Assembly (NCBI RefSeq): GCF_964213995.1 | Contig: NC_135804.1 | Location: forward strand, 47,678,001 to 47,742,000 | Direction: 5' to 3' | Length of the DNA: 64,000 bases | DNA from: Mustelus asterias | Taxonomy: Eukaryota | Shown: piece by piece, positions 25,700 to 37,540 of the stretch | How positions within the stretch are numbered: position 1 is the first letter of the stretch | Layout of the letters: the number at the start of each line of letters is the position of its first letter | The notes under the pieces: generated by a model | What the model was told of the DNA's origin: nothing | The model's input: the letters and a program-made list of their open reading frames with translations, nothing else | Database searches by the model: none | Program-made: the position numbers and the translations under genes

Positions 25700-26030
25700 T
25701 TCTGACAACAAATGATGTAGCAACAGTACTGAGAGAGTGCTGCACAGTCGGAGGTGCCATCTTTTGGAAGAGGAGCCCCGTTTGCCCTCTTCATACAAGC
25801 ATGAAAGATCCAGGGGAACTATTCAATGGCTAGTGAAGGTCCCTGCCCTCAACCAACATTACCAAAACTACTATCTGGTCATCACCATATTGCTGCTTGT
25901 GGGACCTTACTATGCACAAAATTTGTTGTTGCATTTTCTAAATTACAACATTGATAACACTTCACGTTTACTTCATTGGCTGCGATGTGTTTAAAATGCT
26001 GAGATCATGAAAGCTGCTTATATGCACCAA
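25700..26030 (+). mobile_element. Deu-domain SINE (AmnSINE1/SacSINE1-like)
   Basis: gtgctgcacagtcggaggtgcc, tatctggtcatc..ttgtgggaccttactatgcacaaa, tacttcattggctg. Confidence 0.75.
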
Positions 26031-26824
26031 ACAACGATAAGCTGACACAATGTAAAGAAATTCAGATTCCATTAATAATAGGTGGAGGAACCATTTTTAC
26101 AATTATTTTAGACATCAGAGAATATATACCAAGCATACATTAAGCTCTGCCTTTCATGGAAAAGGCAAAGCCATCCATATAATGGACAAGCAACAAGGTG
26201 CTGTGTGTTACACATGGTCTAAATTTCATATCCAAAATGTTCTTAACATAATTGCTGTTTACACTATGTTTTGTGTAATAAGCAGCCAATTATCAAGCAC
26301 AGATTTCTTTGGCCCACAATGGATTTAGGTGCAAAGTGAGCGATGGAGTGTTTTCCCACTTCTTGCCGCTGTGGGATGCAGAAGAATGCTACCATATATT
26401 CTAAGTCTATTTTTGCTATTATGCTGATACAAAATGAATCCTCAGGGATCTTCTTGCAAGTGAAATGCACCATTTCAAATGTCCTGTGTCTAGCCCTTAA
26501 GGATTGAAAAAACTATGTTTCCTCTCATTTCACTTGCTTGAAAACAAATCATTATCTTTCCTGATTAATTAAAACCTTGCATGTCTTTATTTCCTGACCA
26601 GACAGAAAAAAGCTCATTTTTCTTGAACTTCTTCAGATTCAAAGATTACATTTTTTCCACATTTCACTGAGGGGAGACAGGCATTGCTCAAGTCACAGCA
26701 CCAGAATATTTTAGTTGTTTTTCAGTAACTTACCCATGTGGACAGGACATCATTTGGTAGTATGATCATTTCACTGTGAACCATCTCTAAAGATCAGATA
26801 ATGCATTAAAATCCTGATAAATAT

Positions 26825-27154
26825 GGGCGGCACGGTAGCACAGTGGTTAGCACTGCTGCTTCACAGCTCCAGGGTCCCGGGTTCGATTCCCGGCTCGGGT
26901 CACTGTCTGTGTGGAGTTTGCACATTCTCCTCATGTCTGCGTGGGTTTCCTCCGGGTGCTCCGGTTTCCTCCCACAGTCCAAAGATGTGCGGGTTAGGTT
27001 GATTGGCCAGGTTAAAAATTGCCCCTTAGAGTCCTGGGATGCGTAGGTTAGAGGGATTAGCGGGTAAATATGTGGGGTGGGATTGTGGTCGGTGCAGACT
27101 CGATGGGCCGAATGGCCTCCTTCTGCACTGTAGGGTTTCTATGATTTCTATGAT
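26825..27154 (+). mobile_element. Young full-length HE1-type V-SINE, CR1 tail
   Basis: GGGCGGCACGGTAGCACAGTGG, box B GGTTCGATTCC, V-domain, TTTCTATGATTTCTATGAT; nearly identical to 11475-11806. Confidence 0.96.
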
Positions 27155-27877
27155 AAGACACTTTCCCATTTGACAATCGCTGGGGAATATAAAAAGCTCT
27201 AAATGTTTGGGTGCAAATGGAATACACCTCTGCTTTTCTCAGTTTCTCATATTTCCATATCTGTGGACACAGATGGGTCCCTTTTCAAGCTGTGAAGCAT
27301 AACACAAGCCTGAAGCGATGAGAAAAGTGAAGTACCATTCATTACAGCACATGCTCAGAAAACAGCTGCACACAGGCTGTGTATTACATCATCCAAAGCC
27401 ATGAAGATGGTACAGGTCTTTGGACCCTGGGGATATTAGACTGCACTCTTCAGGAAGAGTTCCTGTCATCTCAGCCCTTTATAAGGTTGGTTTTAAATAC
27501 CAGCAGTTCATCTGCTGTCTTCGTGTCTAATTTAATGGCTCAGTGGACCTTTGAAAATGTGCTTGCTGAGTAAGCACTTGCCGTACACATACTTCATTCC
27601 CTTACAGCTACAACATTGGGGAGGAGGGTGACAGGGTGGGGTTGAAGAGAAAATTGCTTGCCAGGAATATGGTATTAAAAAAATGAAAGTGCATAGAACC
27701 CACTTCACAGGTGTAAATACACACACTCCTGTCAAACACAAAGAGGAATATTTTGATTAAAAGATAACAATTTTAATATTGCCATATTCTTGAAATGTTC
27801 AGATTATAAATTTGAAAACACTATCTTCACAATCACTGCTATCTCTCACAATGCCTTCCACACATGCAAACAGGATT

Positions 27878-27928
27878 GAATTTAATACCTGCCTGAGAGA
27901 CATGGAATTTAATGCCTGCCTGAGAGAC
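27878..27928. repeat. 27-bp tandem duplication
   Basis: GAATTTAATACCTGCCTGAGAGACATG followed by GAATTTAATGCCTGCCTGAGAGAC. Confidence 0.9.
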
Positions 27929-28371
27929 GTTTACCATCAATCTTGGAGCAGGTCATGCATGCCATTGATCATGATGTGTGATTGGGTACAGCATACATTG
28001 GAGCCACTGTGCCATTTAACACTAGAACACGAAACTAACAGGTCACTGGAACCTTTTTACAAAGGGAATTCCCAATGCAATGGAGTCTGTGGGCCTTTTC
28101 AAATGTTAATTGCTGACATAAAAAACCGAATCAAAAATAATTAACTACAGGAAGGGAGGTTTGAGGACAGGAGATGGAACGCAGAACCATAGAAAATTAC
28201 AGCTCAGAAACAGGCCTTTTGGCCCTTCTTGTCTGTGCCGAACCATTTTTTGCCTAATCCCACTGACCTGCACTTGGACCATATCCCTCCACACCCCTCT
28301 CATCCATGAACCCGTCCAAGTTTTTCTTAAATGTTAAAAGTGACCCCGCATTTACCACTTTATCCGGCAGC

Positions 28372-30923
28372 TCATTGCACACTCCCACCACTCTGCGTGA
28401 AGAAGCCCCCCCTAATATTCCCTTTAAACTTTTCTCCTTTCACCCTTAACCCATGCCCTCTGGTTTTTTTCTCCCCTAGCCTCAGCGGAAAAAGCCTGCT
28501 TGCATTCACTCTATCTATACCCATCAAAATCTTGTACACCTCTATCAAATCTCCCCTCATTCTTCGACGCTCCATGGAATAAAGTCCCAACCTATTCAAC
28601 CTCTCTCTGTAACTCAGCTTCTCAAGTCCCGGCAACATCCTTGTGAACCTTCTCGGCACTCTTTCAACCTTATTTACATCCTTCCTGTAACGAGGTGACC
28701 AAAACTGTACACAATACTCTAAATTCGGCCTCACCAATGCCTTATATAACCTTACCATAACACTCCAACTTTTATACTCGATATTCTGATTTATAAAGGC
28801 CAATGTACCAAAGGCACTCTTTACGACCCTATCCACCTGTGATGTCACTTTTAGGGAATTCTGTACCTGTATTCCCAGATCCCTCTGTTCAACTGCGCTT
28901 TTCAGAGTCCTACCGTTTACCCTGTATGTTCTACTTAGGTTTGTCCTTCCAAAGTGCAATATCTCACACTTGTCTGCGTTAAATTCCATTTGCCATTTTT
29001 CAGCCCATTTTTCTAGTTGGTCCAAATCCCTCTGCAAGCTTTGAAAACCTTCCTCACTGTCCACCACACCTCCAATCTTTGTATCATCAGCAAATTTGCT
29101 GATCCAATTTACCACATTATCATCCAGATCATTGATATAGATGACAAACAACAATGGACCCAACACCGATCCCTGTGGCCTCCACTCAGAGAAGCAATCC
29201 TCCACAACCACTCTCTGGCTTCTTCCATTGAGCCAGTGTCTAATCCAATTTACTACCTCCCCATGTATACCCAGCGACTGAACCTTCCTAACTAACCTCC
29301 CATGAGGGACCTTGTCAAAGGCCTTGCTGAAATCCAGGTAGACAACATCCACCGCCTTCCCCTCATCCACTTTCCTGGTAACCTCCTCGAAAAACTCTAA
29401 TAGATTGGTCAAACGTGACCTATCACGCACAAAGCCATGTTGACTCTCCCTAATAAGTCCCTGTCTATCCAAATATTTGTAGATCCTATCCCTTATCACA
29501 CCTTCCAATAACTTGCCCACCACCGACGTCAAACTTACTGGCCGATAATTTCCCGGATTTCTTTTGGAACCTTTTTTAAACAACGGAACAACATGAGCCA
29601 CCCTCCAATCATCCGGCACCTCCCCCGTGAATACTGACATTTTAAATATGTCTGCCAGGGCCCCGGCAAGTTCAACACTAGCTTCCCTCAAGGTCCGTGG
29701 GAATACCCTGACAGGGAATACTCAAGACAGCGAGCACCTCCTCCCCTTTAATCTGTAAAGTTTCCATGACCTCCCTACCTGTTTGCCCTATTTCCGTAGA
29801 CTCCATGCCCGTTTCCTCAGTAAATACGGATGCAAAAAAAACATTTAGTATCTCCCCCATCTTTTTTGGTTCCATACACAGTCTACCACTCTGGTCTTCA
29901 AGAGGACCAATTTTATCCCTCACTATCCTTTTGCTTCTAACATACCTATAGAAGCTCTTTGGACTTTCCTTCACTCTGTCTGCCAAAGCAATCTCATGTC
30001 TTCTTTTAGCCCTCCTGATTTCCCTCTTAAGTAGCTTCTTGCACTTTTTATACTCCTCGAGCGTCTGATCTGTTCCTTGCTGCCTGTACATTTCATAACA
30101 ACTCTCTCTTAATCAGTGTTACAATCTCCCTCGAGAACCAAGGTTCCTTATTCCTATTTACTTTGCCTTTAATCCTGACAGGAATATAGAAACTCTGCAC
30201 TCTCAAAATTTCTCCTTTGAAGGCCTCCCACTTTCCATTTACATCCTTACCAGAGAACAGCCTGTGCCAATCCATACTTCCCAGATCCCTTCTCATTTCA
30301 TCAAATTTGGCCTTTTTCCAGTTCAGAACTTCAACCCCAGGGCCAGATCTATCCTTATCCACGATCAGGTTGACACTAATGGCATTATGATCACTGGATC
30401 CAAAGTGTTCCCTCACACTCACATCCATCACCTGCCCTAACTCATTTCCCAATAGGAGATCCAATATCGCATCCTCTCTAGTTGGCACCTCTATATACTG
30501 ATGTAGAAAATTCTCCTGAACACATTTTACAAACTCCACCCCGTCTAAACCTTTAGTATGCGAGTCCCAATCTATGTGTGAAAAATTAAAATCCCCTACT
30601 ATCACAACTTTGTATTTCTTGCAGTTGTCAGCTATCTCTCCGCTGATTTGCTCCTCCAATTCTCGCTGACTATTGGGTGGTCTATAATACAACCCCATTA
30701 ATGTGGTCATACCTTTCCTGTTTCTCAGCTCCACCCATAGGGCCTCTGTAGACAAGCTCCCTAATCTGTCCTGCCCGAGTACCACTGTAACGTTTTCCCT
30801 GACCAACAATGCCACCCCCCCACCTTTTATCCCTCTGCCTCTATCCCACCTGAAACACTGGAACCCTGCAACATTGAGCTGCCAATCCTGCCCCTCCTGT
30901 AGCCAAGTTTCACTAATGGCCAT
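28372..30923 (-). pseudogene. CR1 ORF2 (APE endonuclease plus reverse transcriptase), frameshifted
   Basis: APE: AISETWL, GGGVALLV, YYRPPN, IVGDFN, SSDHN. RT: NYRPVSLTSVVGKLLE, QHGF, YLDFSKAFDKV, QGSVLGPLLF, KFADD. Split over three ORFs. Confidence 0.95.
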
Positions 30924-31200
30924 AATGTCATATTTCCATGTACCTACGCCTTCAGCTCATCTGCCTTCCCCACAATACTCCTGGCATTAAATAGACACAC
31001 CTCAAAAGGTTATTTCCACCACACTCAACCCTTCCATTTGTGATTTTGCTTGAACTAACATGTCTTTTTACCCTGCTCCACTATCTGCTCGTCACTCTGG
31101 TTCCCATCCCCCTGCAAATCTAGTTTAAACACTCCCCAATAACACTAGCAAACCTTCCTGCAAGTATATTGGTCCCCTTGTAGTTTAGGTGTAACACGTC

Positions 31201-31464
31201 TCACTTGTACAGGTCCCAACTGCCCCAGAAGAGGTCCCAGTGATCCAAGAATCGTAAACCTTGCCCCCTACACCAGTTCCTCAGCCACGTGTTCATCCGC
31301 CCAAGCATCCTACTCCTACCCTCACTGGCACGTGGTACAGGTAGCAATCCTGAGATTACTACCCTCGGGGTCCTGCTTTTTAACTTCCTTCCAAGCTCTT
31401 TGTACCCACTCTTTAGGACCTCCTTACTCTTCCTACCTACGTCATTTGTACCGATGTGTACCAC
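31201..31464 (-). pseudogene. CR1 ORF1 SGNH/GDSL esterase domain, C-terminal part
   Basis: VHIGTND, VVISGLLPVP, NTWLRNWC, FLDHW. Confidence 0.9.
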
Positions 31465-32494
31465 GACATCTGGCTGATCACCTTCCCACTTTAGAACGCT
31501 GTATTAAAGAAGATCTTTAATAAATATATGCAGATACATCTTCAAGCACATCCTATCAACTCACCAAATATATAAATAAGCCTGATTCTGACAATTCTGC
31601 ATTGCTCAAAAGAAATTTTAAGATGTGAAGGGTGAAAGTTTCCTAGTGGACAAAATAAATCCTTTTGGCATCACAGGATAATTTTACTCATGGCATTGGA
31701 GTATTTTGAATGAAAGCACGATAATGACGTCTAGACCCCATCTGACAATCTAGCTATAAAAATATACACAGAAATTGTTTTTTAAAAAATCCCCCATGGT
31801 GTTCAACCACCATTTTGACATCTGGTCTCCATCTTCAGTGCAGCACCATAATGAGTTGTACTTTCATTTGAAAAGATGATTTACAATGTCCTTGAGAAGA
31901 TTGGGCACCACTCCTGGAAAATCTAACAACCATTCCAGCAATAGTTTTATTTTAAAAACACTCACTGATGCCAAAATTAAGCTTACCTTTAAGGAAAAGC
32001 AAAGAGAAGTTCTGCCAGATGATGGATCAACAGTTGAAAATCCCTGAAAAAGTTCTTGCTGAGTGAGAATAAAATGCTTTAATAAACTACAGAAGATAAA
32101 AATAATCAAGGTGTCGCCTCATGCAAATATGTGCAATTGCTCTTCGAGTTCTCACTGCCTCGTTTACCAGTCATCAAGATAGAAATGAGGAATTATTTAA
32201 ACTCTTCTTTTTTTTGAGGTACGAGTGCTCTTTGACATCAAGATGACCAGATCAAGATTTAGTACTGCACTTGTCTGCAATTAATTTCATCATTCTAAAA
32301 TGATCAATAAATAAAGTCTGCTTATTGAAATTGAAACATACTTTACGTTTCTTTATTTGAAGATACTGCAGTAATTGATATTTTAATTAAAATTTATAAT
32401 CAGATTCAAAATTTCGGTACAGTTGTTAGCCAGCTGTTTCCACCATTTTCCAATTGGGTGCAGGTTATCTGCAACTTAGTTCAGTGCAATATAG

Positions 32495-33110
32495 GGGACA
32501 GTAGCAGGCTATTCAATCCCTCAGGCCTGCTTCGATTTTCAATTACATCATGGCTAGTCTGTACCTCAACTCCATTTATCCACCCTTGATCCATATTCTT
32601 TGGTAACCATACCAAATAAAAAAATCTATCAATCAGCCTTGAAAAATTCAATCACCTCAGCATCCACAGTATTTAGGAGAAAATGTCATATTTCCACTAC
32701 CCATTGTTGTTTCCTGATTTCACTTCTGAAATGCCTTGGCTCTAATTTTAAGATCGGACCCCTTGTTTTTGATTCCCCCCCACCAAAAAAAAAAGAGATC
32801 TCCTAAATCTACTCTATTAAATCATTTTATAATTTCAAGCACCTCAATCAGATTACTCTTTAACATTCTGAAGTCAAGGAATACAAGTCAAGTTTATGCA
32901 ATCCATCTTCATAATTTAAGCCCTTCAATCCCAATACCATTCTGGTGAATGTGTGTTGTGCTCCTTCCAAAGCCAATATGTTCTTTCTGATGTGCCGTGC
33001 CCAGAACTGAACACTATATTCCAGATGCAGTCTGACCAGAACTCTGTGCAACTCTAGCTTAATTTTCTCTTTTTCCTTTCCAACTTATCTAAGGTAAAGG
33101 GCATTAGCTT
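32495..33110 (-). mobile_element. Old CR1 3' fragment
   Basis: ORF 32860-33051 LVRLHLEYSVQFW..LEGAQHTFTRM. Confidence 0.8.
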
Positions 33111-33149
33111 TTTTCATTATTTTGCAATTTTGGTTTTTTTCTTGTTCCA

Positions 33150-33508
33150 TTTATTTTGTCACTTTGCATTCGGATGGTTGTTTCCTATCAGCCATTCGCA
33201 CTTCATCTGGACAGATCCTTTGTTTCTTTACTATACACATTACCACTCCTATTGGCTTTGTACCATTACATCTTTTGTCATTTAATCTTTGCTGCCCTTC
33301 ATCCATTCTCAGACTCTCCCTGCTACACTTCCTCGCCTCCACTCTCTCTATCACTTCCTTCAAAACTATTACATTTCAGTCTTTCTTCAGTTCTGATGAG
33401 GGTTCATTAACCTGAAACATTAACCCGGTTTCTCACCACAGATGCTGTGTGAACTGCTGAATATTTCCAACATTGTCATTATTTCCAATATTGCAGCATT
33501 TTGTTATT
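33150..33508 (+). mobile_element. Penelope-like pseudo-LTR / 3' end
   Basis: Pyrimidine-rich tract, hammerhead core, then ccacagatgctg..ctgctgaatatttccaacatt shared with copies at 45.5, 46.3 and 57.1 kb. Confidence 0.75.
33388..33425 (+). ncRNA. Minimal type I hammerhead ribozyme motif, slightly degenerate
   Basis: GTT-CTGATGA-GGGTT-CATT-AACCT-GAAAC-ATT-AAC: core and stem II present; stem III G-to-A change. Confidence 0.65.
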
Positions 33509-33739
33509 GTGCTCAAAACCTCAGTCATGCCCTTTGCTTCCTCAAGAAATTATGTTTTCTGCCCCCAATCAGCCCCATCATTCCTTTAAACATTGTTATG
33601 GAGAGGAGGGCATTTAATTTAAACAGCACTAATTTCTCCTCTCACTGCCCGCACATAAACAAGAAGGCATTTTAGATGAGCCTTCTCCTTAATTGGTGGC
33701 GTATTTCCCAACTCTTTGGTTTTGGTGCTATCCAATTTC

Positions 33740-34645
33740 TATTAATAACCCCACTGCAAAATTGAGACAGGATGAACTCAAAGGGGGTTAATTTATTTGC
33801 ACACAATCAAAACGCAAGCAGAGGGTTGCAAGGTCGCCTCCTTTGCGTTCATAAAGTAAAAGAGGGATAATGGGAAAAGATTATTTACAGTGCAAAGACC
33901 ACAAAGAAAAGGAAAATTGTTTCACGTGGGGTTCCAGGGTCCAGAATCAAAGTCCAGTGACGTATTCCTTCACAGAGGTCAGTGAGCTGAAAACTGATGC
34001 TGGATAATTCACTTTTCCGTGACTTTAACTTCACATGATAAGATATGCACACAGAGATGAATCAGTCCTATAGGTGATGATACAGAATTCCTAGCAGAAG
34101 CAGTATAGATGGTACCAGGTGTTCCAATCTGGGCCAGAGCACTCATCTGTGTTGCTGTTAGTTAATTGGTTGAAATAGTAGGCTGAGACTTTGCAGCAGG
34201 GCAATATTACTGGTTCCACAAACCAGAGGTCCATATCACATGACTCTCACCTCTTTACATAGTCTTTGACAAAGGTTGTGCAATCCCTCATCTGGATCTC
34301 TGAGATCGTTAAATGTCTCAACCATTAATAATTGAAAGGGAAGTTGTGGGCTCCTTTGTCCTAGTAAACAAGTAGACAAGTTGGCCAGCTTGGGTTATGA
34401 AATGCAGCTCTCTTAAAATGTGGCCTGTGCAGCCCACAAGGGGGAGGGGGTTGTTAATGTCTCTCCAGGAATAACAAGGTGCAAGTTTCTTCGATACTGC
34501 CAGGCAGCTACTTTTGATCAAGAGTCAGAGACATAGATTCCGTTTTTGAGACAGCAATGAGCATATCTCTATACATATGTTATTTATTTAAAATATATAT
34601 AAGGGGAGGTCTTAGTCCACTCAGAAGTCATTTAACTTTTATACA
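33740..34645 (-). mobile_element. Possible degenerate solo LTR
   Basis: About 900 bp, decayed termini (tattaa...ataca), AATAAA on the minus strand near 33792; no clear TSD. Confidence 0.35.
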
Positions 34646-34649
34646 TTTA

Positions 34650-36300
34650 TTGAAGATTTTTGGATTGTCTTTTATGTTAACCTCTAATCTTATACTCTCT
34701 CTTTGCCAGTCTTATGTCCTTTCTTAATTTCCCTCTGCATACTTGTATTCTTCTTGGTTGTCAACTATATTCTGCACCTGACATTTGTCATAAATATTAT
34801 TTTCCTGTTTTTTTTTAACTTTTCTTTCCTTTGTCACCCAAAGTTCCAGCATCAGGTGTTCAATCTTTCCTCCTTTTGGGAATAGACTGAAACTGACCTT
34901 TCTCCAAGGCCTGCTGATGTTCAAGGTTTTCCTGGCCCATCTTTGTTCCCAGTTCATCTGTGCTAGATTCCTTTCAAATCACTGAAACTAGCTTTTCAGT
35001 TGGGCTATTTCCATCTTTGATTTTTTTCTTGTCCCTTTCCATAACTACTTTAAACCAAATTACACTATCATCATTATCCAGGAGATCTCCCATTCAAACA
35101 CTATTTGTTCTACTTCATTTCCCTGAACGAGTTCCAACACTTTCTTCCCTCATTAGAAAAGAAACATCTGATCAAGGAAATTTGCCTCTATACAGATGAG
35201 GAATTCTTCATCTGCCTTGTCCTCAAGTCTTTCTTCTCCCCAGTCTATATTATAATAAAAGTCCTCCATTCTGTCCTACTGCTCTACAGATTTTATATTC
35301 AGTGGAAATTTGCCTAATGCTTTGCTTCTCTAACGCTTCACTATTTGTGGGGCCAATAGTACACATCCATTAATATAACAGCTCCAATTCGGCTTCTTAA
35401 CTCTAACCAAATAGACTCAACTCAGTCTTTCTTTGTTCTAATACATTGTCCTTCTGCAGAACTGTAATATCCTTGAACAATACTTCCAGCCACTTCATGG
35501 CATTGTCATTTTTCCCTCCCTATCCATTCAAAATACATTGTAGCCAGGAACATTTAGTCCCCATTCTGCCCACAGTTGAGAGAGATGTGCATTAGAGCCA
35601 CTATGTAACCCCATGTGTCAACGTGCACATGTAGCTCACTCTCCTGTTCTGCAATACTCCACACATTTACACACATGTATTTTAGTGCTGTGTTAACCCA
35701 TTTTGCTCCTTTCTTCCATCAAATTCTCTCATGATTCACTACCCTTTGTCCTGTTGCCAACTGATCATACTAGATCCTCTGCATTTAGTCTCTCTTCTCA
35801 ATTGCTATGTTCTGGTGCTGCTTCCCTACCAAATCAATGTAATTCCTCCTTTGCAGCATTAGTTAACCTCACTGTAAGAATTTGAGCTCAAGTACAGTTC
35901 AGGCACTACCCACCTGGCTTGTTCTTCTTGGCCTTGATACCCTGGGAAACAAAGCCCTCCCTTGTGCATCACTTCTTCAGTGATGTAATCATCTACACTA
36001 TTTTCCTGTTTCGGTACTCAATAGTGCATGGCACTGGGAATAATTAAGAGATTACTATTTTTGAGGTTCTATTCTTTAATCTTTTTCTTAAGTTTCCGAA
36101 ACACTACCTGCAGGGCCAGAACCTTTTTCCTACCTATGTCTTTGGTTTCAATATGGAACACAATTTCTGGTTGCTCCCCTTCTCCTCATAAAATGCCCTG
36201 CACTAACGATATCCTTTACATCCTGGCAGCAGGGAGACTGAACACCAATTGGTGATAACATTTGTGGTTGCAGAATTGCTTGTCCATCCCACAATCATCA
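34650..36300 (-). mobile_element. Very old CR1 (ORF1/APE region)
   Basis: Degenerate colinearity with 29900-31480 (acctgcagggccagaacctttttcctacctatgtc). Confidence 0.6.
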
Positions 36301-36302
36301 AA

Positions 36303-36788
36303 TAGAACCATAGAATTCCCACTGTGCAGACAGAGGCAATCCTCCCCATCAAGTATGCATTGGCTCTCCGAAAGAGCATTGCACCCAGGCCCTACCGTCT
36401 GTTCTATCCCCGTAACCCCATGCATTTACCATGGCTAATCTACCTAATCTACACATCTTTGGACACTAAGGGGCAAGTTACCATGGCCAATCCACCTATC
36501 CTGGGTGACACGGTGGTAAGGGACCCGGGTTCAAGTCTGGCCTCGGGTGACTGTCTGTGTCGAGTTTGCACGTTTTCCGTGTCTGCATGGGTTTCCTCTG
36601 GGTGCTCCAGTTTCCTCCCACCCTCCAAAAGATGTGCGGGATAGGTTGATTGGCCATACTAAATTGCCCTAGTATCAGGGAGATTAGCAGGGTAAATACG
36701 TGGGGTTATGGGGATAGGGCCTGCGTGGGATTGTCGTCGGACTCAATGGGCCGAATGGCCTATTTCTGCACTGTAGTTATTCTATGAT
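36303..36788. mobile_element. Head-to-head fusion of two HE1-type SINEs
   Basis: Minus-strand 3' half 36303-36500 joined to a plus-strand copy 36502-36788 with a deleted head. Confidence 0.85.
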
Positions 36789-37540
36789 CCTTACAAACAA
36801 GGATATTTCTTCATTTCCTTATGCACAAAGTGAGCTAATTCCAACATAGGTTAAATTTTCACTGTAACATTATCTTCATATGGTTTGGTGCTCTTTTACA
36901 TTGCTGCATTTACAGGTTCTTATTCAGAAGGCAACTATGCGACAAGCATGTAGATAATAGAAGAGCATAAAAGTAAAATTGCTCTACACAAGACATGAGT
37001 TAAGTCATTGTTGGAAGTTGCGGGCAACCCATTATAGAAAGGATCATGTTGCCATGGTAAAAGTGTATGTAGGTTCACTGGGATATTACCTGGGATGAAA
37101 GAATAGAGACAAATGACTTGAAAACCAGCAGCTGTAACCAATAGAGCGGGAAAGGTTCAGAGGATACCAAACACATACGTTAAAACATTTAAAAAGGATT
37201 TAAAGAGCAATAATGGAAAAATGTATGATTAGTACCAGAATCTAGATTACAAACTGCTGCACTGGGTTCAGCAATCAGGGTTTGTAACTGGGCAAAGAGG
37301 AATGGAAACTGGGGTAAGTTAAACTTCCAAAGCATAACCCAATCTTCTTTTTAGATCTTGTTAAACTTTTGCACATTGTCAACTTTGTTTGAAAGTACTG
37401 TCTACTTAGGCCAGAGGTACAGTATCCTGACTGATACATTAACCCAACATTTGTTAAGGTATGGATCAGAAACCCCAAAGCATGTTACAAAAGCCCAATA
37501 GGACCCCAACAATTTTTCTATTTTGGCATTCACCAGGTTC

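Larger units (their letters stand above)
28183..31500 (-). mobile_element. Young 5'-truncated CR1 LINE (part of ORF1, all of ORF2, 3' UTR)
   Basis: ORF1 esterase, APE and RT in order; TTCTATGGTTCT tail. Confidence 0.97.

Noticed and set aside
26825-26900. tRNA gene
   Set aside because: It is the head of a SINE and continues directly into the V-domain.
28372-29691. 439-aa RT as a functional or domesticated gene
   Set aside because: Part of a truncated CR1 with upstream frameshifts, loss of VTSGVP and a C-terminal frameshift.
31987-32043. RTSLCFSLK resembling SLIFSLK of PAH/TPH hydroxylases
   Set aside because: Match is too short, and the flanking residues and other exons are absent.
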